From Octopus sinensis (Eukaryota): a DNA stretch of 64,000 bases. The notes beneath the pieces are model-generated. The model searched no databases. It was given only the letters and a program-made list of their open reading frames with translations, and was not told the origin of the DNA. Location: NCBI RefSeq assembly GCF_006345805.1, contig NC_043016.1:17546001-17610000 (forward strand), read 5' to 3'. Shown here one piece after another: positions 52,986-64,000 of this stretch. Each line of letters opens with the position of its first letter. Position 1 is the first letter of the stretch. Made by a program: the position numbers and the translations under genes.

Positions 52986-54345
52986 ATTCGTTCACTGACA
53001 CACTCACTAACTTTAAGACCTATTATAGTTGGTCCAGCCTGTGAAACCCACCGACTAAGCAATTTTCTAGATATACTACTGAAACCTTTGCTGAAATACA
53101 TCAAAAGTTTCATTAGAGACAATTTAGACATGCTGGAGCACCTACCAAAAACAATTAATGAAAATGCAATATTGGTTTCTTTCCATGTTATTAATCTTTA
53201 CACCGAGATCCCACATGACTATGGAATAAAAAGCAATCAAATTCTGGTTGGAATCAAATTGCCGGAATGCATAAATCAGATCTTTATTATTGAATCTTTA
53301 AAATTTATACTTCAGAACAATTATTTCCTATTTGATGACGCATACTATCGTAAAAAATGCGGAATTGCGATGGGAACGAAAGCAGTCCCTGTTCTTGCGA
53401 ACCTGATAATGAGTTATTTTGAATTCACCATATATGAAATGTCACTTCAAAAATATGGTTATCCATTTCACCATTACATAAGAGAAAGCTGGAAAAGATA
53501 CTTGGATGACTGTTTTATCATTTGGAAAGAGACCATTGACAAACTTTTGGACTTCAAATCAACACTAAATGATATAAATAGTAACAATTCACAATGGAAT
53601 ATAACAAAGAACAGCTCCCATTTTTGGATATTATGATACATAAAAGTCAACAGCAAAATTATAACTGACATCTATCATAAACCAATGGACTCGAAATAAT
53701 ATCTCCTCTTTAGCTCATGCCACCCGAAACACATCAAAATAAATATCCCCTTTAATTTTTTAATTTGGCAAAAAGGATTTGCACAATAGTGTCTCGGGAC
53801 CTTCGTCTTCAAGACCTCAAAACACTTAAAGACAATATCCACCCTCACTTACAGACGAGGTAATTAAGCGTGTCAAGAAATTAGACATAAAAAACTAAGG
53901 ACAACAAAACATAGCACCACATTTCATCTCAAAACATTACTGTATATATCACCCTACAAATCTAGAAACAATGAGGCATACAACACTATTGTGCAAAATC
54001 TCCCTTTACTAACCAGAGACCCAAAAATGAACAACATCCTGAAAGCGCATAAAATCGTCACATGCAAAAAGCAACACAAATCGCTAAAGAGACTTCTAAC
54101 AAATGCGAAGCTTTACACAACAACCGTGAAACCAACGGTTAAAAATGTGGATGCCCAAACTGTGGAACCTACTTGAAGGCTTGGATTTCTTTTTCAAACG
54201 AGAGAGGTTCACAATTAAAACCAACGTCACTTGTGCCTCTGAGTACCTAATTTATGTAATAACCTGCTCGGGTTGTGGACATCACTATATAGGACAGACG
54301 AGTATGACGTTAAGACGGAGAACCACTCTACATAAAGAGCAGATC
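52985..54345 (+). mobile_element. Penelope-like element remnant: RT and GIY-YIG endonuclease
   Basis: LRPII..P...T..LS.FLD.LLKP, LVSFHVINLY (catalytic D to H), YFLFD..YY...GIAMG, RYLDD; IYVITCSGC...YIGQTS..LRRR..LHK. Confidence 0.9.
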
Positions 54346-54470
54346 CGGGTACGTGCGTGTGTGGAATGCTCAGCCACTTGCAAGTTAATTTTACGAGCAG
54401 GCTGTTCCATTGATTGGATTAACTGGAACACTCGTCGCCGCAACCGACAGAGAGCCAGTTAATAGCCCAA
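54345..54470 (+). mobile_element. SINE family C, 3' half inserted in the PLE
   Basis: gctcagccacttgcaagttaatttt..gagcaggctgttcc. Confidence 0.65.
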
Positions 54471-55404
54471 AGCGAAATGTATTTTAATAAGATTTATTAT
54501 CTTATTTCCACTTAGGTGAATTGCAACGTTATTAAAGTTTGTATTCAATTCGCATGCAGACCAAGTCTACAATTTTAGGGCAAAGTTTATTCAAAATTCA
54601 TTGTTGTTAAAACATTGAAAACTGAGTCAGCTGATAAGACCTCTTTGTAATGTTACTACGTAGGTTTGCATATTCTTCTCTATTGCTATTATGTCTCAAG
54701 GAGTGGTACTGCGTCTATATTATATGTTATTCGCAACTAGCAAATCGTTAAATAGTGCGTGTATCGCATAACACATCTGAGTTGGAATATATTGCAGCTG
54801 CATATTGCTAATGCATTTCTCTGCAATTATTAATTATGTATGTACCTCAAATGTTGCAGCTATAAATTGCGCGCGCATGAGTGTATGTGTGTGTGTATGC
54901 ATATGTGTGTGTGTATTTTTGTGTGTATATTTATGTTGTGTGCTGTTTTGTAATTATCAATTGCAGTCTTGCTCTGCGTGTTGTTCTAATGTTATCGTTA
55001 ATGGTGCTTGCAATCTAGGCAAGCGAAAAAAAGAAAAAAATAGAACACAGAAAAAATGTTATAGAAAAGGCCATGTTTTCAATAGGAGCAAGACTAAAAT
55101 TCAGCATCTCATCATCCCGTCATATATGAATCAGCGCCTCCGTCCAGTATTTTGACATGCAACCATATCTTTGCTTGAAGACCGATTTCTACTCACCGTT
55201 CACACACTCTGTTACCGAGAAACGCAGGGTATATTTATAGCGTTCTAGCTGTAATTTGTATGAGAAAATGACTCATTTTATACACCCTCCCCATCACTGA
55301 GCGCTGATTCTAACGTCAGATACCATTAACGTATACATATCAAAATGCACAAACGCACATACATACAGATTCATGCATACATACATAGTTACATACATAC
55401 AAAG

Positions 55405-55474
<70 letters not shown>

Positions 55475-56194
55475 TGTGTGTGTGTGTGTGTATAAAAAAA
55501 AATTGCGTGTGTGTGCGTGGTGCGTATGTTCCTTATAAATTCGAAAACTGAGTTGCCGATTTTGGCGTACGAGGTATCAAAAGATTCAATCATCTTTCGG
55601 CTACCAAATAAAGTATTTTTTACACAACAACTTGTTTTTTACTACAAAAATAACCTGGAACCGAGGGCGGGTCGCACAGTTTTGAGATCATTTTCGGGCA
55701 ATATTTGGATTTACTTCTAATTTACGTTGCCAATTTTAATGTTTTTTTTGTGTCAATAAGACAGAACAATGTAGAAGTGTCATGAGTGCATTTGTGATGC
55801 ACAAAACCCTATTTGTCGACGGATAATGAACAAAAAACATGCTTTTTTTGCATAATTATTGGCATATTTTCCATACCACCCACTTCCGCTTACCTTTCTT
55901 CGGATTTCTATATTTTCGATATAGGAAAATACGATTTTGCCCCCAAATCCTTTTTTCAAAATTCTAATTTCCACCCTCCCCACCCCAATTTCTTAATTCT
56001 TAACTTGTTTTCGAAATTTAAAAAAAAATCTACGTAGAAAAGTACAGAGATTACGAAACTGGGAATTTTTTTTTTTATTTTAATTTTTCTTAACGAAACA
56101 TTCAATGATCTTTCGACACCTAAAGGATTTTGGTATTAGTCTGGATTCCGACAGTGTTGGTAGCCCAGAACTTCTCTGTAAATCTCCAACCTCT

Positions 56195-56660
56195 ATATCC
56201 TACCAGGACCTCAAGGTAATAAAAAATTTTAGGGAATGATAAATAAAAACAATTACCATCTATCTTCTGGACCTTGATTTCAAGCTCTAAATTAGCAAAT
56301 AAAATAATTTGCTAGGCGCAGCTGTCTTCAACAGGTACGCCAAGATTAACATATAAATACGAGGCAATACAGTATATGTTTCGTGCTTACATGTTACAAC
56401 TTTTCAAATCCACCGCGCAAGCGCAATTTTTTATCGGCAGCAAATAAACTGTATTGCCTCGTATTTATATGTTAATCTTGTCGTATCTGTTGAAGAAAGT
56501 TCCGCCAAGCAAATTATTTTATTTGCTAAAAAAGTCTGAAACCATGGTCCAGGAGATAGATGGTAAATGTTTTTAGTTTTCATTCCCTTCGAAATTTATC
56601 CCTAATAGTGGTTTGGATTTTGGCTACTCCTTCTAGCGTGCCAGATGTCCTATTATTGTC
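56195..56660. mobile_element. MITE/foldback with ~200-bp imperfect TIRs
   Basis: gattaacatataaatacgaggcaatacagt occurs at ~56345-56374 and inverted at ~56449-56478; the arms extend outward. Confidence 0.72.
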
Positions 56661-56707
56661 ACCTCTTATGTGTTTAAATGTACACACACACACATATATA
56701 TATGTAG

Positions 56708-56739
<32 letters not shown>

Positions 56740-56859
56740 AGTAGGTGAATGAATTATCCTATGTTTATCGTCAGCATGGAAAATTCGTTTAACCGAAACC
56801 TGGGTAGCAAATTGACGTCATAAACACGGTTGAAGCGACCTGTCAAGGGTAGAAACTCC

Positions 56860-57690
56860 GGGTTCATGTGCAGAAATTTGTGTGTTGTGTATGAATAAAT
56901 GAAAGAATGGAGTCGAACGAAGATGTTAACAAAGTTCCTTTACTCTCGACATATGTTTCGAAGACAGCATGTTTTCATTCCAAAGGAATAAAGGGTGCAT
57001 TATGCAATCTTCTCATCAGGAAACAAAGGGAGCCCCTCTCGACAACAAGACAAACAAAAATTTCGATGATTGCCTCCATGGTAAACAAAGCGATAATGAG
57101 TGCTTTTTTTAAAAAACCGTTAGAAGAATTGACGTCAAAGTTAGATAGTAGGAAGAGAAGGGATAAAGAAATAATAGGTAGGGAACAAGTGGAGAGGGAA
57201 GGGTACGTTGATTGAAAGAATGTGCGAAGGCTTAGGAAAGAATTTCTCTATAGTAGTGGGGTGGACGTAAAGCTAATTGTTCAAACCACAGTGACTATCG
57301 TTATCATTTATATGAGTAGAAAGTGTGTTTCTGCCAGTGTTTACATTTGTATGATTTTTCTATGAGTGTGTTTACTAGGGGAACCTTAGAGAAAAGAATA
57401 TGGAATAGTTCAGAATTACAAATGTTACAAAATCTGCCCTTATCAAAAGGAAAGGATACAGACAGTATGAACCAATCTAACTTGAAAATTATATTGTTGT
57501 CTTTAAGACGCCAAACTAATTTACTTAGCCTTGAACTATGTCGTTTTTTACTATCCCTGAATGTTGAATAGTGGTTTGAAATTCTCTTGGATAACTGGGA
57601 AGTGGACGCTCCTATATAGAAGAAGACATCGGTACCGGAAGAAATTCTACACTGGTAAATAGAATTCTTAATCTTAGAATTACTAGACAA
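56860..57690 (-). mobile_element. PLE 3' end: GIY-YIG endonuclease remnant plus terminal repeat carrying the hammerhead
   Basis: IYQCRI...FYIGAS...LSKRISNHYSTF...SRLSKLVW.LK...C.IC..E.F.I; the hammerhead lies ~280-370 nt after the stop. Confidence 0.82.
56937..57029 (-). ncRNA. Type I hammerhead ribozyme, complete canonical core, GUC site (predicted cut 56948/56947)
   Basis: CCTTTGTTTC-CTGATGA-GAAGAT[long loop]GTCTTC-GAAA-CATATGT-C-GAGAGTAAAGG; all core nucleotides present, palindromic helix III ACATATGT. Confidence 0.85.
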
Positions 57691-57696
57691 AAATTT

Positions 57697-57871
57697 ATTC
57701 TGTTGGGGTTGTCCTCCGAGATCGAAACGAAGTTTTTATTGTTATGATTGTTGTTACTATTATTATTAGCGCTAACAACTACACTATTTCTATTAGCGCT
57801 AATAATAATAGTAACAACAATCATAACAATAAAAACTTCGTTTCGATCTCGGAGGACAACCCCAACAGAAT
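57697..57871. repeat. Perfect 79-bp inverted repeat, 17-nt spacer
   Basis: 57697-57775 is the exact reverse complement of 57793-57871. Confidence 0.97.
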
Positions 57872-58530
57872 TAAAGGAATACTTGTAGAATGTACCAGTG
57901 AAGATCTCAATAAAATGTAAGCACAACAGAACTGATATAATGTTTTGGAAGAGAAAAGAGAAACTGTGTACTGCTGTTGAAATTATCTGCCCAACGGATG
58001 TTAACATAAAGCTGAAGATCAGTGAAAAAGAGAACACCTATACTGAACTATTGAGAAATCTGCAGTTACTCAATCCAGATTATAAGTTCAAGTTTATACC
58101 TGTAATTCTTGGGGCCCTGAGATATGTAACACACTGCCTAAATACCAATCTTGAGAAATTAGGCTTCTCAAAACCAGAGAAAGCTAATTCGAAGACTAAA
58201 GATCCAATCCATCACTGGAACTGTAAAAATCTGTAGAACTTTCCAGAAGTTTATCATTTAAATATACATGAGTATGTCTAGATATGCAAATATATGAAGA
58301 ATAAGACATATTTAAAACAAAGCAAACAAATCTGCACGTATATATGCATGCATGCATACATACATACATACATACATACATACATACATACATACATACA
58401 TACATACCTACATACCTACATACATACATACAAAAATATCCTGTGTTTGATGTTGAAATTCCAATGAAGGAACCTTGGATCTTGGTTAGGAACCGGTTCT
58501 CTCTCTATTGGCAAGAAATCTTGAAATAAA
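57872..58530 (+). mobile_element. R4/Dong-like restriction-like endonuclease (RLE) 3' fragment with 3' UTR
   Basis: KHNRTDIMFW...C..VEI.CP.D.NI..K..EK..TY..L...L...YKFKFIPVILGAL. Confidence 0.72.
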
Positions 58531-58547
58531 CTGAATTATGACATACA

Positions 58548-58581
<34 letters not shown>

Positions 58582-58689
58582 CATACATACATATACAAAC
58601 ACACATTCATACATACACACATACATAAATGCATACACACATACATATATACACACATATATACATACATAGTACATACATATATGTTT

Positions 58690-59130
58690 GGGAATAAGTT
58701 TAGCATCCATACGGATGACGTGTCCTGCCCATCGCAATTGGTTGCTATTGAGAAGTTATTCAGTAGAACGAACTTCCTGTTTGGCTAAGAATGTCAGTAT
58801 TACGTGTGTTTAATTTCCCGCTTATGCTTAAGATGTGTCTCAGACATTTCGATGGATGCGTTCAAGTGTTTGGATATGGCAAACTTAAGTTGTCCAGGTT
58901 TCTGAGGAATACAGAAGAGATGAGAGGACAAAAGTATAGACCATAACTTTTGTCTCAGTTTTTATTTGGCGCTGTGGCTAAATTATGGATTCCTGTTGTT
59001 TGTGCAAAGGTATCTCAGTATCTGAATTTCCGCAAGTATTAACATAATTTCAAAGGTGTTCAAAGGATTGTACAGTCTTTAGTGATGTACCTTAATGGTT
59101 ATGTGAGAATTAGTTTTTACATTTCCCGGA
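58690..59130 (-). mobile_element. Decayed RTE LINE fragment
   Basis: CLRHILSI and RWAGHVIRM...IPK motifs; adjacent (TACA)n. Confidence 0.65.
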
Positions 59131-59499
59131 GAAGGTTGATGTGATACGACTATTTGTTTCAAATTTAATGTCAAATCACGCGCACACACATATACACACG
59201 CATACCTTCATACGTACACACATACATGCATAAAATCTCATTTTCGTTCACAAAAAGGACGAAAAGAGTGCTGAATATGTCGTAGAACATGTAAACAACA
59301 CTTCAAAAGGATTCAGGTACTTTGAGTTTCATGGTGTATTTGAAAATTTGTATACACTTAGCTCTCAGTTCTTAAACAAATCCTCAAGGTGTGTTCATTT
59401 GGCAAAATAATACACACACACACAAATATACATATATACATACATACATAATACGTACACACACACACACACACACAAACACACACATACACACACATA

Positions 59500-59815
59500 T
59501 ATAAGTGAAAAGGGTAAATTGAACTTGCCTTGAGGAGTGGAATATCTAACGTTTCGGATTCCGGATTCAATCCTTCGTCAGGGGGCAGAGGAAAAGAGAA
59601 GAAAAAGAGGAAAAAGTATACATCCTCTCAGCATGAAAACCTGACTGCAAGTGAGAAGATGTAAACCCTGTTTGACTTTTTCTCTTTTTCTTCTCGTTTT
59701 TTTTTCTGCCCCCTGACGAAGGATTGAATCCGAAACGTTGGATATTCCACTCCTCAAGGCAAGTTCACTTTTTTCTATATTTTTCAAGTCCCTTTCACTT
59801 TTTTTATATTTTATC
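59500..59815. mobile_element. Second head-to-head palindromic element with a hammerhead motif in each arm
   Basis: gaacttgccttgaggagtggaatatc..acgtttcggattc...cttcgtcaggggg is inverted to cccctgacgaaggattgaatccgaaacgttggatattccactcctcaaggcaagttc. CTGACGA at 59581-59575 (-) and 59713-59719 (+). Confidence 0.8.
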
Positions 59816-59842
59816 AAGTCTTGCGACGCAGAGCTACTGGAT

Positions 59843-59878
<36 letters not shown>

Positions 59879-60225
59879 ATATATATATATTATATATTAT
59901 ATATGTATATATAATATATATGTATATATATATGTGTGTGTGTGTGTGTGTATCTGTGCGTTTGTGTGTGTGTGTGATCTGTGCGTTTGTGCGTGATTTT
60001 TCCAACAAATCGGTAGATAGTTACTTCAAAGTTTGGACTATGTAACCGGTGGATAAATATTTATATGAAGTTGTTAGATAAATGTAGAATCTGTGACTAC
60101 ATGAATAAAAGGTTTATATAAAACTCTTTTATTTTCGTTATTTTTCCGGTTTTAAAATAATTGAAAACTTTTCGTAACAAAGAAAAATTTGTTTAAAAAG
60201 TGAACCCATAAGATTTATACTATAC

Positions 60226-60425
60226 CTTATTTGCATCAATCCCCTTACTGATGGCCCATGATGAAACTATGTAATCCATAACTCTCTCGCTAAGGCCTTC
60301 GGGTATGTCATGTATTTTCATGAATTCCCTGACGCTGTTAAGCATCTCATGATATCTTGCTGAATTAGCGTAGAACTGTTGAAATATTGTCGTCACATTA
60401 CTGAAGATTGTTGCATATAACAACG
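60226..60425 (-). CDS. eag: Eag K+ channel exon: end of S6 and C-linker ([67 protein letters not shown])
   Basis: Translation matches Eag/KCNH1 S6-C-linker motifs ([26 protein letters not shown]). Acceptor ttttccAG at 60427-60426, donor GTatag at 60225. 200 nt, phase 1 in, phase 0 out. Confidence 0.96.
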
Positions 60426-61133
60426 CTGGAAAACAGAGAAAAAACACATGATATTTATTTGGAATAATTCACTTCGTACACGCATTTAGAACTATAATTT
60501 CAACATCGACATTACTTTTAGATATTTTGAAAAAATATATATTTAATAAGCAATTTCAATAAAACATGAAAAAGAAATTTGGTAACATTTTGTTCTATAC
60601 TTCACCATTTCAAAATTTTGAATTGAAAAATAAACTTGCATTCTGTTCTGCACTTCTGTAAACCTTACAATATGTTATGAATATCAATTTATCGATTTAA
60701 TCTATTTTCTGTATTCATTTAACTTAAATTTTGTGATACAAATAACCCGTTCCGTGTCAACCTTGATTAACCATTTATTGTGTCTGTTCAGACGACACAC
60801 CCTTCTAATTCCAGCATGCTACCGTGTATTTTAAACACAAAATTCTAAAATTCGTCACTAGCTTCAGCTTTTATACATTCATTTTATTATTAATGAAGAT
60901 ATTCATCTACGATTAACAATTGGTAATACGATAATTTTCCATTGATTAAATCTGTGAGTTTTATTAGCAATTTTTCTGCCTAACAGCAATTCTTCTGCCT
61001 AAAAATCACAAATATAGGATAAATTTTCCCTCACTTATTCTGACTTAGAACTATACTGATATGAGGCATCCATCTATCCATCCATTAATGGATAGACACC
61101 TTTGTATGTCTGTCTACACACACACACACATTC

Positions 61134-61420
61134 TTTTGCCGAACCGCTAAGTGACGGGGATGTAAACACACCAGCATCGGTTGTCAAGCAATGCTAGGGG
61201 TGACAAACACAGACACACAAACACATATACACACACATATATATATATATACATATATACGACAGGCTTCTTTCAGTTTCCGTCTACCAAATCCACTCAC
61301 AAGGCATTGGTCGGCCCGGGGCTATAGCAGAAGACACTTGCCCAAGATGCCACGCAGTGGGACTGAACCCGGAACCATGTGGTTGGTTAGTAAGCTACTT
61401 ACCACACAGCCACTCCTGCG
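61134..61420 (-). mobile_element. SINE family A
   Basis: Reverse complement of the head and body of the 14720 copy. Confidence 0.88.
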
Positions 61421-61743
61421 CCTGTGTATATATGTGTATATATATGTGTATATGTACCCGCCCCACACGTACGTATACATATATGTTAGTATGAACGTGT
61501 GCACATATGCAGGTAGGTAGGTATGTTTGTAAGTATGTGTGTATATGTGTATGTATATATGTGTGTCTATGTATATATATATATTTATAAACATACATGT
61601 AAATATATATATGTTTATGCATCTAGCTACCTTCATTATTGTGTGTGTATATATATATGTATATGTGTGTGTGTATATATTATATATATATATATGTAAT
61701 ATATATATATATATAATATATATATATAATATATATATATATA

Positions 61744-61870
61744 TGAGTGGCTGTGTGGTAAGTAGCTTGCTTACCAACCACATGATTCTGGGTTCGTTCC
61801 CGCTAAGTGGCACCTTGGGCAAGTGTCTTCTACTATAGACCCGGGCCGATCAAGGCCTTGTGAGTGGATC
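61744..61870 (+). mobile_element. SINE family A, 5' part only
   Basis: gagtggctgtgtggtaagtagcttgcttaccaaccacatg...ggccttgtgagtggat. Confidence 0.85.
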
Positions 61871-62054
61871 TTATTCAAATTCTTACTATAAAACAGGTAA
61901 AATAATAAAAAAAAGTAGAAAGTTTGCACTATTTACTATGTGAATGTGTAACAGAAAATTGATAAGTATTTTTTTTTATCTCACGACATCATATCGCAGA
62001 ACAATATATAACAGCTTTTCTATATATTTAAGAATTCCCTAGCATTTTAAACAT

Positions 62055-62200
62055 TATTTACATTGGACGAGTATGTGTCCTCATCTTGTTTGTTGTTACT
62101 CGTTTCGGCTGATATACCCTCCAGCCTTCATCAGGTGTTTGGTTTCTCATTCCTAAGGTATTTTTGGCTGATGTTATCATCATCATCATCATCATCATCA

Positions 62201-62248
<48 letters not shown>

Positions 62249-62260
62249 TATTATTATTAT
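62055..62260 (-). mobile_element. Single arm of the 15378 hammerhead-bearing element
   Basis: tttacatt..gacg..tatgtgtcctcatcttgtttgttg...ccagccttcatcaggtg...cctaaggtatttt followed by (CAT)/(ATT)n; CTGATGA at 62134-62128 (-). Confidence 0.82.
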
Positions 62261-62261
62261 T

Positions 62262-62833
62262 GAGTGAGAGAGCAGTGCTTGCCATCAAAGTGACACTGGG
62301 GTAAAATATACGAAGCCCAATATACCCATCATGACTACCCGTCTGATAAGGGTACACCAGGCACATGCATCACAACCATATGTGCGCGACATGGTGATCT
62401 CATATCAAGATAAACAGCACATGACCTTGCAGGTGGGGCCCAGTTAGAATTTTCTTCAGGTTGAGTAGCCCATCCCGCTCAAAAGGTCTCTGAATAAGGG
62501 TTGTTTAAGGATGTTGAAAGAGACCACCCATGTTTCCAGAGTTGAACTATTCAAACCCCAAAGAATCCCTCTCAACACATGCTATGATGCTCCCCCACTA
62601 CTTCTGCTCGTGATCAGAGATGCACATATTGTCAGCACTAAGGGACATGCTTAACTGGTTAAGGTCAAACAACTGACAAGCAAATCTGTGGTATTGAGCA
62701 GAATATTTGCTGTGGCCTATCTTTTATACCAAGACAAAACAATGTACATGATAACACCTTCCAATCAGTTGGAATAATCAATTATTCCAACTGATTGGAA
62801 TGTACATGATAACACTTCCAATTAGTTAAGATC
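62262..62833. repeat. ~570-bp non-coding interspersed repeat embedded in (ATT)n
   Basis: Unique GC-balanced sequence with (ATT)n on both sides; its first 13 nt (gagtgagagagca) recur after (ATT)n at 47761. Confidence 0.6.
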
Positions 62834-62842
62834 TATTATTAC

Positions 62843-62883
<41 letters not shown>

Positions 62884-62907
62884 TATTATTATATTATATT
62901 ATTATTA

Positions 62908-62940
<33 letters not shown>

Positions 62941-63201
62941 CATTATTATTATCATTATTATTATCATTATTATTATTATTATTATTAATTTTATTATTAT
63001 TATTGTTGTTATTATTATTATTACTATTATTATAATCATTATTATTATTATTATTAATATTTTTTATATATTATTATTATTATTTATTATTATTATTATT
63101 ATCATTATTATTATTATTATTATTATAATATTTTATTATTATTATTGTTGTTGTTATATTATTATATTATTATTATCATTATTATTATTTATTAATATTT
63201 T

Positions 63202-63233
<32 letters not shown>

Positions 63234-63468
63234 CATTATTATTATTATTATTATTAATATTTCATTATTATTATTGTTGTTATATTATTATTACTATTAT
63301 TATAATCATTATTATTATTATTATTAATATTTTATTATTATATTATTATTATTATTATATTATTATTATTATCATTATTATTATTATTATTTATTAATAT
63401 TTTATTATTATTATTGTTGTTGTTATTATTATTATTATTATTATTATCATTATTATATTTTATTAATA

Positions 63469-63511
<43 letters not shown>

Positions 63512-64000
63512 TATTATTATTATTATATTAATATTTCATTATTATTATTGTTGTTATTATTATTATTATTATATTATCATCATTATTATCATTATTATTA
63601 TTAATATTTTATTATTATTATTATTATTATTTTATTATCATTATTATTATTATTATTATTAATATTTTATTATTATTATTGTTGTTATTATTATTATTAT
63701 TATATTATTATCATTATTATTATTATTATTATTAATATTTTATTATTATTATATTATTATTATTATATTATTATCATTATTATTATTATTATCATTATTA
63801 TTATTATATTATTATTAATATTTTATATTATTATTGTTATATTATATTATTATTAATATTTTATTATTATTATTGTTGTTATTATATTATTATATTATTA
63901 TTATTATTATCATATTTTATTATATTATTATTAATATTTTATTATTATTATTATTATATTATTATTAATATTTTATTATTATTATTATTATTATTATTAT
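62834..64000. repeat. Complex (ATT/TAT)n array, at least 1.17 kb, runs off the window end
   Basis: Direct reading; recurring attaatatttt, atc and gtt variants. Confidence 0.96.

Noticed and set aside
52473-53636. 387-aa ORF fusing THSL repeats to a reverse transcriptase
   Set aside because: (CACT)n has no stop in any plus frame, so the in-frame join to the PLE RT can arise by chance. The RT has lost a catalytic Asp (SFHV) and breaks off after YLDD.
60426-64000. Upstream pore exon (GFG signature) of eag
   Set aside because: I found no matching frame; this stretch is SINEs and simple repeats, so the exon must lie beyond the window.

Overview
AT-rich, microsatellite-dense eukaryotic DNA. The SINE families and the (TACA)n/(TA)n/(ATT)n landscape strongly suggest an octopus/coleoid cephalopod genome (inference). 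The window holds the 3' part of an ether-a-go-go (Eag, KCNH1/5-type) potassium channel gene on the minus strand. Four phase-compatible GT-AG exons (60425-60226, 18704-18452, 7563-7367, 4153-2717) encode 694 aa: end of S6, C-linker, cyclic-nucleotide-binding homology domain (CNBHD) and C-terminal tail. The introns are 41.5, 10.9 and 3.2 kb; the upstream PAS, S1-S5 and pore exons lie beyond the window end. The introns are filled with tRNA-derived SINEs (at least 4 families), decayed LINEs (RTE, CR1-like, R4/Dong-like), Penelope-like element (PLE) fragments, two inverted Tc1-like transposons with DD36E spacing, MITE-like foldbacks and simple repeats. There is one 100-N assembly gap. Three signals stand out. 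(1) Several Eag codons differ from the residue I recall for both fly and human by a single genomic A-for-G, including the S6 Gly of IFGNV and a CaMKII-type RQDT motif, which suggests restorative A-to-I recoding. (2) About ten type-I hammerhead ribozyme motifs are present, one with a fully canonical core in the sense orientation of the pre-mRNA. (3) Two unrelated head-to-head palindromic elements each carry an outward-facing hammerhead in both arms, and one has a tRNA-like head. Homolog comparisons are from memory and need database confirmation.
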